Shown here one piece after another: positions 8,377 through 17,466 of a stretch of 17,669 nt of DNA. Location of the stretch: NCBI GenBank assembly GCA_964510585.1, contig CAZECW010000171.1, positions 1-17,669 of the forward strand, in the 5' to 3' direction. The position numbers and the translations under genes were made by a program. Position 1 is the first letter of the stretch; every line of letters begins with the position of its first letter. This DNA is from an uncultured archaeon. GTDB taxonomy: Archaea; Asgardarchaeota; Jordiarchaeia; Jordiarchaeales; Jordiarchaeaceae. A model generated the notes under the pieces. The model worked only from the letters and a program-made list of their open reading frames with translations, did no database searches and was not told the DNA's origin.

Positions 8377-9774
8377 CTACTTTTTTGATGCTCTGTCTTT
8401 AAGTATTTTCTCCACGCATTTCATGGCTGATTCTGCTGCGGCGTTCATTCCCACTCCTCTTCCTCGATAAGTATCTCCTGCGAAGTAGAGTCCCTCTACT
8501 CCTGGGGCTTTAATATCGGGTTTGTATTTTCCCACCATTCCGGGTTTTTTGGCTAAACCGTCTATTCCCACGTATCTTGCTGGAAGTGTCCATTCCACAT
8601 GCTCATCCAAACCCGGAAATATGTAGTTCAAGTCGTCCCATAGGATGTCTAATCCTTCTCTTACCCACCACTTGTCAAGGGCGTTTTCAGTTTCGCAGGG
8701 GCAACCCATGGATAAAAGGAATTTTCCTTCTGGGGCAGAGTCTGGGTCAATGTTTGAGGGGGAGTAGCATTGGAGCGGTAGATTTGTTTGAGGTAGGCTT
8801 AGTGATACTCGGAATTTATTATCGTTCCAGAGGGGTTCATCTAATCCAAGGATGTATCCAATGGCTGAGGAGGTTTCTCTGGCTAGGCTGTTTATTTTGC
8901 TTATGAACCATGAAGGGAAATCTTCAGATGTGAGGATTGCTTCTAGATTCCATATGGGAACCGCGCAGATCACGGTGTTGGTTCTCAAAAATTCGGTGTC
9001 GTAAATCAACCAGTCCTCAAAGTTTTTTGGTGCGTCTCCGACAACGTTTTCCACTGTGACTCCTATAACCCTTCCCTCCTCAATTATCACTTCGTCTACC
9101 CCGGTGCCAGTCAGGATTATGCCACCTCTATCTCTAATTGTTTCAACCATGGGTTTTACTAGATTTATGGTTCCTCCCTTGGGGAATCCAGCTGTGAGAA
9201 GTTGTCCTTTCTTTTCCAGATTCTTTTTCATTTCGTATATTACTTCGCTTGCCGCCATTTCCTTCCAGTCTGTAAGGGTTGTAATCATCATTCCCAGATA
9301 ATTAAAAAAGTCGTGGACGTCTGGATCCTCGGTTATTCCTTCCACCCATTCTCTAAGTGAAACATCATCTAACCTATCGATGTCTTGGTAGCTGATCTCG
9401 ATGATCGCTTTAACCACTCTTTTGAAGTTTTCATTGTGGGCAGGGCTAACTTGTCTTAGCTCCGAAATGTCCAGCCACCCATCATTCTCCCAAACATTCA
9501 CACCCTCAGACCAACCCGCCAGTTCAATCTTTCTATTAATTCTTGCCAACAAATCCGCCACGGAGCTGACATCCCCTCTGGAGAGAGCGTGAAGGCCAGT
9601 ATCAATGGTGAAGCCTCTAAAATTCGTAGTGGTGGCGCGGCCCCCAATGTAGTTAAGCTCGTCGTAGACAGCCACCCTAAAACCATTAGAGGCCAGAAGT
9701 GAGCCGCATCCCAGGCCAGCAATGCCGGCGCCAACAATTACCGCGTCAAAATCATAATCCATCATGAAAATCAA
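8377..9774 (-). CDS. FAD-dependent oxidoreductase, phytoene desaturase / amine oxidase-like (COG1233-type), about 462-465 aa
   Basis: Rossmann motif VIVGAGIAG, then IGGR and DTGLH, plus C-terminal GLYFAGD...G..AAAES. The true start may be ATG at 9765 or 9762 rather than TTG at 9774. Confidence 0.85.
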   Translation of the reverse strand: MIFMMDYDFDAVIVGAGIAGLGCGSLLASNGFRVAVYDELNYIGGRATTTNFRGFTIDTGLHALSRGDVSSVADLLARINRKIELAGWSEGVNVWENDGWLDISELRQVSPAHNENFKRVVKAIIEISYQDIDRLDDVSLREWVEGITEDPDVHDFFNYLGMMITTLTDWKEMAASEVIYEMKKNLEKKGQLLTAGFPKGGTINLVKPMVETIRDRGGIILTGTGVDEVIIEEGRVIGVTVENVVGDAPKNFEDWLIYDTEFLRTNTVICAVPIWNLEAILTSEDFPSWFISKINSLARETSSAIGYILGLDEPLWNDNKFRVSLSLPQTNLPLQCYSPSNIDPDSAPEGKFLLSMGCPCETENALDKWWVREGLDILWDDLNYIFPGLDEHVEWTLPARYVGIDGLAKKPGMVGKYKPDIKAPGVEGLYFAGDTYRGRGVGMNAAAESAMKCVEKILKDRASKK

Positions 9775-9975
9775 TTCCTAAAACTAATTCAAAAATTGTG
9801 TTTTAACTTCATTTGCCACCCTTTAAACTTTATTCTCAACAGCATTTATGGCGAATTTCAGAAATGAGTCTATGTTCTAAGGATTTTTTGTATTTTTTAT
9901 TTGTGTTTTTGATGGAAAAAAAGAAAAACTAAGAGGTATTATAATAATTTTAATTTGACTCGATGGAGATGATTT

Positions 9976-10764
9976 GTGATGGGCAGTTATAAGGACATAA
10001 TTTTTGAGAGAAAGCCTCCTGTTGCATGGGTGACCTTTAATAGACCAGAAAGGCTCAATGCCATATCCCTAACTCTGATAGAGGAATTGGGAGATGTGCT
10101 GGACAAACTTTGGAATGATGAGGAAATTAGGGTACTAGTCTTAACGGGTGCAGGAGACAGGGCTTTCTGTGCGGGAGCAGACATTACAATGTTTCAAGGG
10201 AAAAGTCCCAACACTATGTTTCATATCATAAGAAAAATAGTTGAAGTTACCGAGAAAATGGAGAAATTCCCCAAGCCCATAGTTGCGGCAATCAATGGTT
10301 TTGCTCTGGGTGGCGGATGCGAATTAGCCATCTCCTGCGACTTCAGAATAGCAACCGATAAGTCTGCTTTCGGGCAGCCTGAGATAAGGCTGGGACTAAT
10401 TCCCGGTGCAGGGGGAACCCAAAGACTTTCTAGACTCATAGGTCTGGGAAGAGCCAAGGAACTCTGCATGTTAGGGGATCGTATTTCGGCGGAAGAAGCA
10501 TACCGCATAGGTCTGGTAAACAGGGTGGTTCCCGTAGATAAATTTCAGGAAGAGGTTCAAAAATTTGTTAGCAGATTAGCTGAAGGTCCACCAGTAGCCC
10601 TCAAAATGGCTAAGTATGCCTGCAACTTTGGAACTCAAGTTCCGCTAGACGTGGGATTGGTTCTAGAGTCTGGAGTGTTTGGAATTCTTTTTGGAACTCA
10701 AGACATGGTAGAAGGCACCTCAGCCTTCCTAGAAAAGAGGCAACCTAAATTCTCCGGAAAATAA
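9976..10764 (+). CDS. Enoyl-CoA hydratase / crotonase family protein, 262 aa
   Basis: FCAGADI oxyanion motif, AINGFALGGGCELAISCDFR and FGQPEIRLGLIPGAGGTQRL with both catalytic glutamates, and C-terminal AFLEKRQP. GGAG SD at 9965-9968. Confidence 0.95.
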   Translation: MMGSYKDIIFERKPPVAWVTFNRPERLNAISLTLIEELGDVLDKLWNDEEIRVLVLTGAGDRAFCAGADITMFQGKSPNTMFHIIRKIVEVTEKMEKFPKPIVAAINGFALGGGCELAISCDFRIATDKSAFGQPEIRLGLIPGAGGTQRLSRLIGLGRAKELCMLGDRISAEEAYRIGLVNRVVPVDKFQEEVQKFVSRLAEGPPVALKMAKYACNFGTQVPLDVGLVLESGVFGILFGTQDMVEGTSAFLEKRQPKFSGK

Positions 10765-10772
10765 ATCTCCAC

Positions 10773-10785
10773 TTTTCTTTTTTTT
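10773..10785 (+). terminator. Oligo-T terminator candidate after the crotonase gene
   Basis: TTTTCTTTTTTTT begins 8 nt after the stop. Confidence 0.55.
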
Positions 10786-10879
10786 ATTGGCTTAAAAAAC
10801 ATTTAATCAATTTTTAAAGCACCATGAGTGGTGCGAAAATTCTTCCTGGTGAATTTTGGAATTTTCGGATAGGAAACAA

Positions 10880-10887
10880 TTTATAAT
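10880..10887 (+). promoter_or_regulatory. Candidate TATA box (TTTATAAT) for the wHTH regulator
   Basis: TTTATAAT preceded by purine-rich AGGAAACAA, about 90 nt before the TTG start. Confidence 0.4.
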
Positions 10888-10976
10888 ACTTATACACTAT
10901 CTATTTATTATTAGTACTAATTCTTTAGCATCAGTTTGAATATTTTGAATAGGGCTCTGGCGGAGTTGGTTTTTAG

Positions 10977-11717
10977 TTGCAGGACATTGTTAAGTTGTTG
11001 TTTGAGTTGGCTTCTGTGGAGAGGTTGTCTTTGCTGATGCTTATTAATGAGACACCTAGGAGACTATCTGACATTTCGAGGGAAGTGGATATAACCACTC
11101 CCGAGGTTTCCAGGCAACTTAACAGGTTGGTGTCTCAGAAAATCGTTAACAAAACCTCTGAAGGTTTCTACGAAGTAACGCCCTATGGTAAACTAATACT
11201 GCAATCACTGGACGTATTCAATTTCCTAACTAAACACAGGGATTACTTTGCGAGTCACAATTTAACAGTTATTCCTCCCGAATTTATCCATAGACTAGGA
11301 GAATTAAAAGATTCAGTGATGGTGGAGGGCGTCTATAGAATTATTAACATCCAAGAGAAATACATGGAAGAGACACAATCCAGACTGTGGACTCTGTCCA
11401 GACAGATTTTTCATCGAGTATTTCCGGTGCTGGAAAAACTATCCGGAAAGAGTGTTGACATCAGACTCATTCTCCCCAAATCCATTATCGAGACGCAACA
11501 GTTTAAAAAACTTGAACAATATGGCAGCCACTTCACAAGATTTCTGGAAAAAGTAGACCTTGTTATAGGAGTGCTCGACCAAGCGGGTGGAATTTGTTTC
11601 CCCTCAATCGAGGGAAACATAGATATGTCTTATATGATAGGTTGCACCGATCAGGTCTCCTACAAATGGTTAACAGACCTCCACTCCTACTTCTGGAGAA
11701 AAGCAGAAACTTTATAA
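10977..11717 (+). CDS. Winged-HTH (ArsR-like) transcriptional regulator with an archaeal COG4742/DUF1724-like C-terminal domain, 246 aa
   Basis: N-terminal HTH LSDISREVDITTPEVSRQLNRL, wing YEVTPYG, then HNLTVIPPEFIHRLGEL, which I recognise as typical of this archaeal family. GGAG SD at 10962-10965. Confidence 0.8.
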   Translation: MQDIVKLLFELASVERLSLLMLINETPRRLSDISREVDITTPEVSRQLNRLVSQKIVNKTSEGFYEVTPYGKLILQSLDVFNFLTKHRDYFASHNLTVIPPEFIHRLGELKDSVMVEGVYRIINIQEKYMEETQSRLWTLSRQIFHRVFPVLEKLSGKSVDIRLILPKSIIETQQFKKLEQYGSHFTRFLEKVDLVIGVLDQAGGICFPSIEGNIDMSYMIGCTDQVSYKWLTDLHSYFWRKAETL

Positions 11718-11937
11718 AAAGGAATGCTCGGTTTTTTGCGCTCATATTTTTGCATTACTGGAGAACAAATAACTATCCAACTCCCTTAACATTGTGATTC
11801 GCTTCTCCTTTTTATTCTTTTTTTGGGCCTCCTGAGAGAAGAGATTTTTATAAGCAATTCTTTGTGCGGGAAGGCGGATCTGAGTTTCTGGTGATAGTTG
11901 TTTGTTGACCGAAATGTTTATATTTTTATACTTTAAC

Positions 11938-11975
11938 TATACAACTTGAATTTGTATAATTACTTAAGTTGTATA
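11938..11975. promoter_or_regulatory. Palindromic operator candidate upstream of the heat-shock cluster (inferred consensus TATACAAC-N5-GTTGTATA)
   Basis: TATACAACTTGAATTTGTATA (11938-11958) is a 21-bp palindrome with 9 of 10 arm pairs matched. TATACAACTT (11938-11947) and AAGTTGTATA (11966-11975) form a perfect 10-bp inverted repeat. TTGTATA repeats at 11952 and 11969. The site abuts a TATA candidate. Confidence 0.7.
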
Positions 11976-11981
11976 CCTAAA

Positions 11982-11989
11982 TTTAATAT
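11982..11989 (+). promoter_or_regulatory. Candidate TATA box (TTTAATAT) of the regulator-grpE-dnaK-dnaJ cluster
   Basis: TTTAATAT lies 6 nt downstream of the inverted repeat. A second TATA-like TTAAATAA is at 12061-12068. Confidence 0.45.
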
Positions 11990-12094
11990 GGTAGGATACA
12001 CGTAAGGAACACGCCGAATTAAAAATAATCAGTCCCAAAATTTCGTAATCATCTCCAGGATTAAATAAAGTATGCCTAGAGCGTGGTGGAACAT

Positions 12095-12796
12095 ATGGAA
12101 AACTGCAACCAAGAAGAGTTAGAGACTGTAATGTCAGTTCTTGATAATCCTATTAAAAGGAAGATTATTCGCAAGCTTAGCGAGGAGCCTACTTACGCTT
12201 TACAGTTATCCAAGGAGCTGAGATTAGGACAGCAGAATGTGAACAAGCACCTCAAAAATATGGAGATGGGAGGAATAATTGAAAGCGTAGAGAAGGAGAG
12301 CCCTTCCGGCCCCAAAAGGAAACAGTACTCAATTAAAAAATTCTACTCTTTAAGGATAGATTTTGGCCCCAACCTTTACCTAGAGTCACTGAGGTGCTTG
12401 GACAACCTTCAGGAATTGGCATATAGTGATTTGGGGTTGGAAAAATTTAAAAAAAGGCTCGAGGAAATAAAAGCCCTGAAAGAGAAGGGTGAAAAGCTGG
12501 ACGGTTTAAATATTTTAATTTCAGAAATTGAAGATGAAATCAACGCTCTCGAAGAAAAGCGCGCTGGTATGCTCCTAATCAGAAATATGGCCATGAAGGA
12601 GGCGGGTCTCCTGATGAGTGATCTTACTCAGCCGGAAAGGAGAGTAATGTACAGAATTCTGGATCAGAAAACAACCAGTTGCGAAGCAATATCTGAGCAA
12701 CTAGACATGAGAGAAAACAAAGTCAGAGAAGTCATAAAAAAACTAATAGAAAGAGGACTTAAGAGCATAGAGGTGAAGGTTGAAAAATCTAAATAA
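12095..12796 (+). CDS. Phr/HSR1-like archaeal heat-shock transcriptional repressor (ArsR wHTH, coiled coil, second HTH), about 233 aa
   Basis: VLDNPIKRKIIRKLSEEPTYALQLSKELRLGQQNVNKHLKNMEMGGIIES...GPKRKQYSIKK parallels the recalled Pyrococcus Phr N-terminus (VLGNETRRRIL..L...P..VSELSRELGVGQKAV..HL..LEEAGLIES...GRPRKYYMIKK). A heptad-rich middle and a C-terminal HTH (CEAISEQLDMRENKVREVIKKL) follow. ATG at 12095 has a GGTGG SD; the track start is GTG at 12083. Confidence 0.8.
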   Translation: MENCNQEELETVMSVLDNPIKRKIIRKLSEEPTYALQLSKELRLGQQNVNKHLKNMEMGGIIESVEKESPSGPKRKQYSIKKFYSLRIDFGPNLYLESLRCLDNLQELAYSDLGLEKFKKRLEEIKALKEKGEKLDGLNILISEIEDEINALEEKRAGMLLIRNMAMKEAGLLMSDLTQPERRVMYRILDQKTTSCEAISEQLDMRENKVREVIKKLIERGLKSIEVKVEKSK

Positions 12797-12889
12797 AACC
12801 CAAGCCGGTGATTAATAGAACTTCTCAAATTGTGAAGCATCCAGTACTGCAAAAACCTGTAATAATCTGGAAACTGGTGGTGAAATTTT

Positions 12890-13495
12890 ATGGACAGTCC
12901 TAAAAAAGATGAACAAGGGGGAAACAAAGACAAGAATACTAAAAAGAAAGACCAAGAAGAATCCAAAAATGTAGAAGAGCTGGAGAAATGCTTAGAAGAG
13001 GAGAAGAAAAGGGCAGAAGAATTTTCAAAATCACTAGAGGCGGAGAAGAAAAAAACAGATGAGTATCTAAACAGGTTAAAGTATTTGCAGGCGGATTTTG
13101 AAAATTATAGGAAAAGAGTGGAAAGAGAGAAGGAAGAAATAGCAAGCCGGGAAAAAGCAAGATTGATCACCAGACTACTAGTAATACTGGATGAACTTGA
13201 ATTGGCAATCAAGAATGGGAAAGAGGCTGAAAAGAAAGACATTTTGGTGGAAGGGGTGGAAATGGTTTATAACAAATTCCAAAAACTACTGTGTGAAGAG
13301 GGACTGTGCGAGATTCAAGCTTTGGGCAAGCCTTTCAACCCCGAGCTTCACGAAGCTGCACTAGTAGTTCAAACAGAGGAGCACCCCAACAACACCATTA
13401 TTGAGGAAACCCGGAAGGGTTTTATGCTCAATGGTAAAGTCGTTAGACCAAGCACCGTAATAGTTGCAAAAAACCCTGCTGGAGGTTCATGCTAA
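12890..13495 (+). CDS. grpE: Nucleotide exchange factor GrpE, 201 aa
   Basis: LQADFENYRKR, GKPFNPELHEA and KGFMLNGKVVRPSTVIVAK motifs. GGTGGTGA SD at 12876-12883. Directly upstream of dnaK. Confidence 0.97.
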   Translation: MDSPKKDEQGGNKDKNTKKKDQEESKNVEELEKCLEEEKKRAEEFSKSLEAEKKKTDEYLNRLKYLQADFENYRKRVEREKEEIASREKARLITRLLVILDELELAIKNGKEAEKKDILVEGVEMVYNKFQKLLCEEGLCEIQALGKPFNPELHEAALVVQTEEHPNNTIIEETRKGFMLNGKVVRPSTVIVAKNPAGGSC

Positions 13496-13521
13496 TCTAA
13501 TAAAAATTGGAGGCGAAAAAA

Positions 13522-15426
13522 ATGTCTAAGGAGAGTAAAAAGGAGAAAATTATTGGTATAGACTTGGGTACTAGCAACTCTGCAGCTGCCGTCATGGAAG
13601 CTGGCAGACCCGTGATAATTCCCAGTGCTGAGGGTACTACACTTTACGGCAAAGCGTTTCCCTCAGTTGTGGCGTTTACTGAGGATGGCACCCTCCTTGT
13701 GGGTGAGCCGGCGAGAAGACAGGCAATCACAAATCCTGAGGGAACAGTGATGGCCATTAAGAGAAAAATGGGCACCGACTACAAGGTAAAAATCAGAGGC
13801 AAGGAGTACACTCCCCAACAGATATCAGCATTCATACTGCAGAAGATAAAGAGAGACGCTGAAACCTTCTTGGGAGAAAAGATTAACAAGGCAGTGATTA
13901 CAGTTCCCGCCTACTTCAATGATAACCAGAGACAGGCAACTAAAGACGCTGGAACTATAGCTGGCTTAGAAGTTGTGAGAATCATAAATGAACCAACAGC
14001 GGCTGCACTGGCTTATGGTTTAGACAAAGCCGAAAAAGAAATGAAAATCATGGTCTTTGACTTTGGCGGCGGCACCCTTGATGTTACCATAATGGAGTTT
14101 GGCGGCGGCGTTTTCGAAGTAAAATCCACCAGCGGCAACACACAACTTGGCGGTACAGACATGGACAACGCGATTGTCGACTACATAGTTGAGGAGTTCA
14201 AGAAGAGTACGGGAATAGATTTACGAAGAGACAAGACAGCCATGCAGAGAATAAGGGAAGCCGCTGAAACGGCAAAAATAGAACTCTCAACCATGCTGAC
14301 AACAAACATAAACCTCCCATTCATAACCTCAGATGCCAGCGGCCCAAAGAATCTAAACATGACCCTCACAAGAGCCAAATTAGAGGAACTAGTTGCTCCA
14401 ATTATTGAACGTTGCCGCGAACCAATGAGACAAGCTCTCGCTGACGCTAAACTCACTCCAAAGGACATAGACAAAATAATTCTAGTGGGCGGACCAACCA
14501 GAATGCCCATAGTGCGCAAGTTTGTGGAGGACTTTATGGGCAAGCCCGCGGAAAGAGGAGTAGACCCGATGGAGTGTGTAGCTATGGGCGCCGCTATACA
14601 GGGCGCAGTTCTGGCAGGAGAAATAACTGACATTCTACTGCTAGATGTAACCCCGCTCTCTCTAGGTGTAGAAACACTGGGAGGAGTAGTAGCAAAAATA
14701 ATTGAGAGAAACACAACTATTCCCACCAGAAGGAGCCAAATATTCACAACTGCTTCTGACTTCCAAACCACAGTAACCATCCACGTCGTTCAGGGAGAGC
14801 GCCCCATGGCTGCAGATAATGTTTCCCTAGGAATGTTCAACCTTACAGGTATCCCACCGGCACCCAGGGGAGTACCTCAAATCGAAGTTACATTCGATAT
14901 AGACGCGAACGGAATACTAAATGTGTCTGCCAAGGACCTGGCGACGGGGAACGAGCAGAAGATAACCATAACTGCCGCAACTAAGCTCTCAGAAGCTGAA
15001 AAGGAACGCATGATAAGGGAAGCTGAACAGTTCGCCGAACAGGACCGCAAGAAGAAGGAAGAAGCAGAGACCAGAAATGAAGCTGACTCCCTCATATACA
15101 CCACGAACAAAACCATAAAGGACTTGGGCGACAAAATCAGCTCAGACCAAAAAGAACGACTAGAAAAAGCGGTAAAAGAGCTACAAGAAGCACTGGGCAA
15201 GAAAGAAATAGAGCCAATAAAAAGCAAGATTGAAAACTTAAAGAACGTCTTACAAGAAGTGAGCACAACTGTTTATCAGAGGGTGGCTCAAGAACAGGCA
15301 AGGCAAGCTCAAGCAAGTCAGGCAGGAGCAACAGGCGCAGGAGCTGCGGGAAGCTCTGGTTCAGGAGGAAAGAAGGAAAAGGTGGTTGACGCAGATTTCA
15401 AGGTTGTGGATGAGGAGAAAAGCTAA
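13522..15426 (+). CDS. dnaK: Chaperone DnaK (Hsp70), about 634 aa, short archaeal/Gram-positive type
   Basis: [49 protein letters not shown] and [11 protein letters not shown] motifs; lacks the ~23-aa N-domain insert. ATG at 13522 is preferred over the track's TTG at 13507 because GGAGG lies at 13509-13513. Confidence 0.98.
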   Translation: MSKESKKEKIIGIDLGTSNSAAAVMEAGRPVIIPSAEGTTLYGKAFPSVVAFTEDGTLLVGEPARRQAITNPEGTVMAIKRKMGTDYKVKIRGKEYTPQQISAFILQKIKRDAETFLGEKINKAVITVPAYFNDNQRQATKDAGTIAGLEVVRIINEPTAAALAYGLDKAEKEMKIMVFDFGGGTLDVTIMEFGGGVFEVKSTSGNTQLGGTDMDNAIVDYIVEEFKKSTGIDLRRDKTAMQRIREAAETAKIELSTMLTTNINLPFITSDASGPKNLNMTLTRAKLEELVAPIIERCREPMRQALADAKLTPKDIDKIILVGGPTRMPIVRKFVEDFMGKPAERGVDPMECVAMGAAIQGAVLAGEITDILLLDVTPLSLGVETLGGVVAKIIERNTTIPTRRSQIFTTASDFQTTVTIHVVQGERPMAADNVSLGMFNLTGIPPAPRGVPQIEVTFDIDANGILNVSAKDLATGNEQKITITAATKLSEAEKERMIREAEQFAEQDRKKKEEAETRNEADSLIYTTNKTIKDLGDKISSDQKERLEKAVKELQEALGKKEIEPIKSKIENLKNVLQEVSTTVYQRVAQEQARQAQASQAGATGAGAAGSSGSGGKKEKVVDADFKVVDEEKS

Positions 15427-15439
15427 AAAATGATTCCCA

Positions 15440-15453
15440 TTTTTTTATTCTTT
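15440..15453 (+). terminator. Oligo-T tract between dnaK and dnaJ (possible partial terminator)
   Basis: TTTTTTTATTCTTT starts 13 nt after the dnaK stop. Confidence 0.4.
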
Positions 15454-15499
15454 GACAATATGAATTTTTGTGAAGCTTCTTCGTTAAAGGGGAACAACT

Positions 15500-16648
15500 A
15501 TGTCTACTAAGAGAGATTATTACGATGTGCTGGGTGTTCCGAGAGATGCTACAAAGGAACAGATAAAGAATGCTTACCGCAAATTAGCTATGCAGTATCA
15601 TCCAGACCGTAACAAGTCACCGGACGCAGAGGAGAAATTTAAGGAAATATCTGAGGCCTACGCGGTGTTGTCTGATGATGAGAAGAGGCGGCAGTACGAC
15701 ATGTTTGGACACGCAGGAATTAGCGGTAGATACACGCAGGAGGATATATTCAGAGGCACCGATTTCGACAGCATATTCAGAGACCTGGGATTCGACTTTG
15801 GCTTCGGAGGCTTTGACAGCATATTTGACATGTTCTTTGGGCGGGGCCGAGAACGAGGCCGCAGAGCAAGGTGGGAATCCTGGGATAATCGCCCAATACC
15901 AGGAGACGATCTGAGATTCGATATGGAAATAACCCTTGAACAGGCGTTTACGGGACTAAAAACAGAGATAAGTGTTCCCCACGCTCGAGAGTGTAATACC
16001 TGTAAAGGTACAGGTATCGAGCCCGGAAAACAGCCAACTCGATGTTCACAGTGTGGAGGCACGGGTCAACTGCAACATGTGAGAGAGTCGGCGACCACAA
16101 GATTTGTACAAATAACAACATGCCCCAGGTGTGGAGGGAGAGGACAGATAATTGAGTATCCGTGTCATGAATGTAAGGGTTCAGGAAAAGTTCACATTAA
16201 ACGCAAAATAGCAGTGGACATACCTCCCGGAGTGGATAATGGCACCCGCATTAGAATAAAGGGTGAAGGTGAGCCGGGCATAAGGGGAGGCCCTCCGGGT
16301 GACCTGTATGTGGTGACACATATCAAGCCCCACCCCATATTTCAAAGGGAGGGGAACGATCTATTGGTGGATGTTCCCATATCCTTCACGCAAGCTGCTC
16401 TTGGCGCAAGAATTGAGGTCCCCACAATAAATAGTAAGGCGGAACTTAGAATACCTCCAGGCACGCAGAGCCACACTGTGTTTAGATTAAAAGGTAGGGG
16501 AATGCCTGACATATCAAGTGGCCAGAGAGGAGACGAGTTTGTGAGGGTTATAGTGCGTGTTCCCGAAAAGTTAACTCCCCGACAGAGGGAATTGTTAAGA
16601 CAGTTAGCTGAAGAAGAAAAAAGATCCCATAAACCTAATTTTGATTGA
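15500..16648 (+). CDS. dnaJ: Chaperone DnaJ (type A), 382 aa
   Basis: J domain with HPD, a G/F-rich linker with DIF motifs, four CxxCxGxG repeats ([32 protein letters not shown]), and GGPPGDLYV in the C-terminal domain. Confidence 0.98.
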   Translation: MSTKRDYYDVLGVPRDATKEQIKNAYRKLAMQYHPDRNKSPDAEEKFKEISEAYAVLSDDEKRRQYDMFGHAGISGRYTQEDIFRGTDFDSIFRDLGFDFGFGGFDSIFDMFFGRGRERGRRARWESWDNRPIPGDDLRFDMEITLEQAFTGLKTEISVPHARECNTCKGTGIEPGKQPTRCSQCGGTGQLQHVRESATTRFVQITTCPRCGGRGQIIEYPCHECKGSGKVHIKRKIAVDIPPGVDNGTRIRIKGEGEPGIRGGPPGDLYVVTHIKPHPIFQREGNDLLVDVPISFTQAALGARIEVPTINSKAELRIPPGTQSHTVFRLKGRGMPDISSGQRGDEFVRVIVRVPEKLTPRQRELLRQLAEEEKRSHKPNFD

Positions 16649-16671
16649 TTTTTCTATTCTTCAAAAAAGTA

Positions 16672-17466
16672 TTATTCGTTGGAACCATCTATTTTAATAT
16701 TGGAATCGGTGGGGTGGCCATTTCTGTGTTTTTGATTTTCTTCTTTTGAACTATTTTTTTGGGACTCGAAATATTTGCTTAAATGTCTAATGGGCGCGTA
16801 GAAGATTTGGGGTGAGGAACGGATGCGTCCTCCAATTACAGTTAGTTGTCCTACGTCTTTTTTCAGCCAACCTACAAGTTCATGGACTACGATGTCCCGA
16901 GGAGCTTCACCAACCTCTTCCACATGTCCCAGTAAAGCTACCGAGAGTGCGCCTAGTAGGGAAGATAGAATAAATTGGAAATCTAACCCCTCGAAGGATA
17001 AAACTGGTACTCTAGCGGATATTCCGTACTGAGACCATTCCAGAGTTAGGGACAATTGCTTTTGTACAAAAAAGTCTGCAAACAGTCCTCCAAGGGCTGA
17101 TGCGATGCCAGAGGCAATAGAAGTTATAACCGCCACACTTGCCAAGTAGGTGGAGGCGGGCTTAGGATATGATAGTTTAGCTGCAATATTTAGAGTCGTC
17201 AGGTCTGTCCCCGCATTTGACATGCCCAAAAGCAAGCTCAAAACAAATAGAAGTGGTAGACTTAAAACATGCTTTTCGGGGAGGGTGGTGAATGTCCAAG
17301 CAAAAATAGTAATTACGAATACGCCAGCGCTCAACGAAAGCACGGGCTTATTGCCAAACCTATCGGTTAACTTCCCAAATGGCCCCATAAAATAAATGTT
17401 AGAAATTCGGGTAACTACCGTGAAAAGCATAACATAGGCTATATTCAGATCTAAGACTGAAAGCAT
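16672..17466 (-). pseudogene. C-terminal half (264 codons) of an MFS transporter gene interrupted by an IS200/IS605-type insertion
   Basis: MFS motif-A-like GPFGKLTDRFGNKPVL and about 6 hydrophobic helices are present from ATG 17466 onward. No N-terminal half follows upstream in frame (TAG at 17584-17586), and codons 1-35 of the track ORF are IS right-end sequence. Confidence 0.75.

Noticed and set aside
11900-12094. CIRCE element (TTAGCACTC-N9-GAGTGCTAA) before the chaperone cluster
   Set aside because: No match found by eye; the inverted repeat present has a different sequence and spacing.
14181-14780. 199-aa antisense ORF inside dnaK, plus other antisense/shadow ORFs in the track (e.g. 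991-1422, 14877-15266, 15658-16062)
   Set aside because: They lie wholly opposite well-supported genes with no SD or motifs. Long antisense frames opposite dnaK are a known codon-usage artefact.
15285-15372. Gln/Ala/Gly/Ser low-complexity stretch near the DnaK C-terminus
   Set aside because: This is the ordinary disordered DnaK tail before the VVDADF motif.
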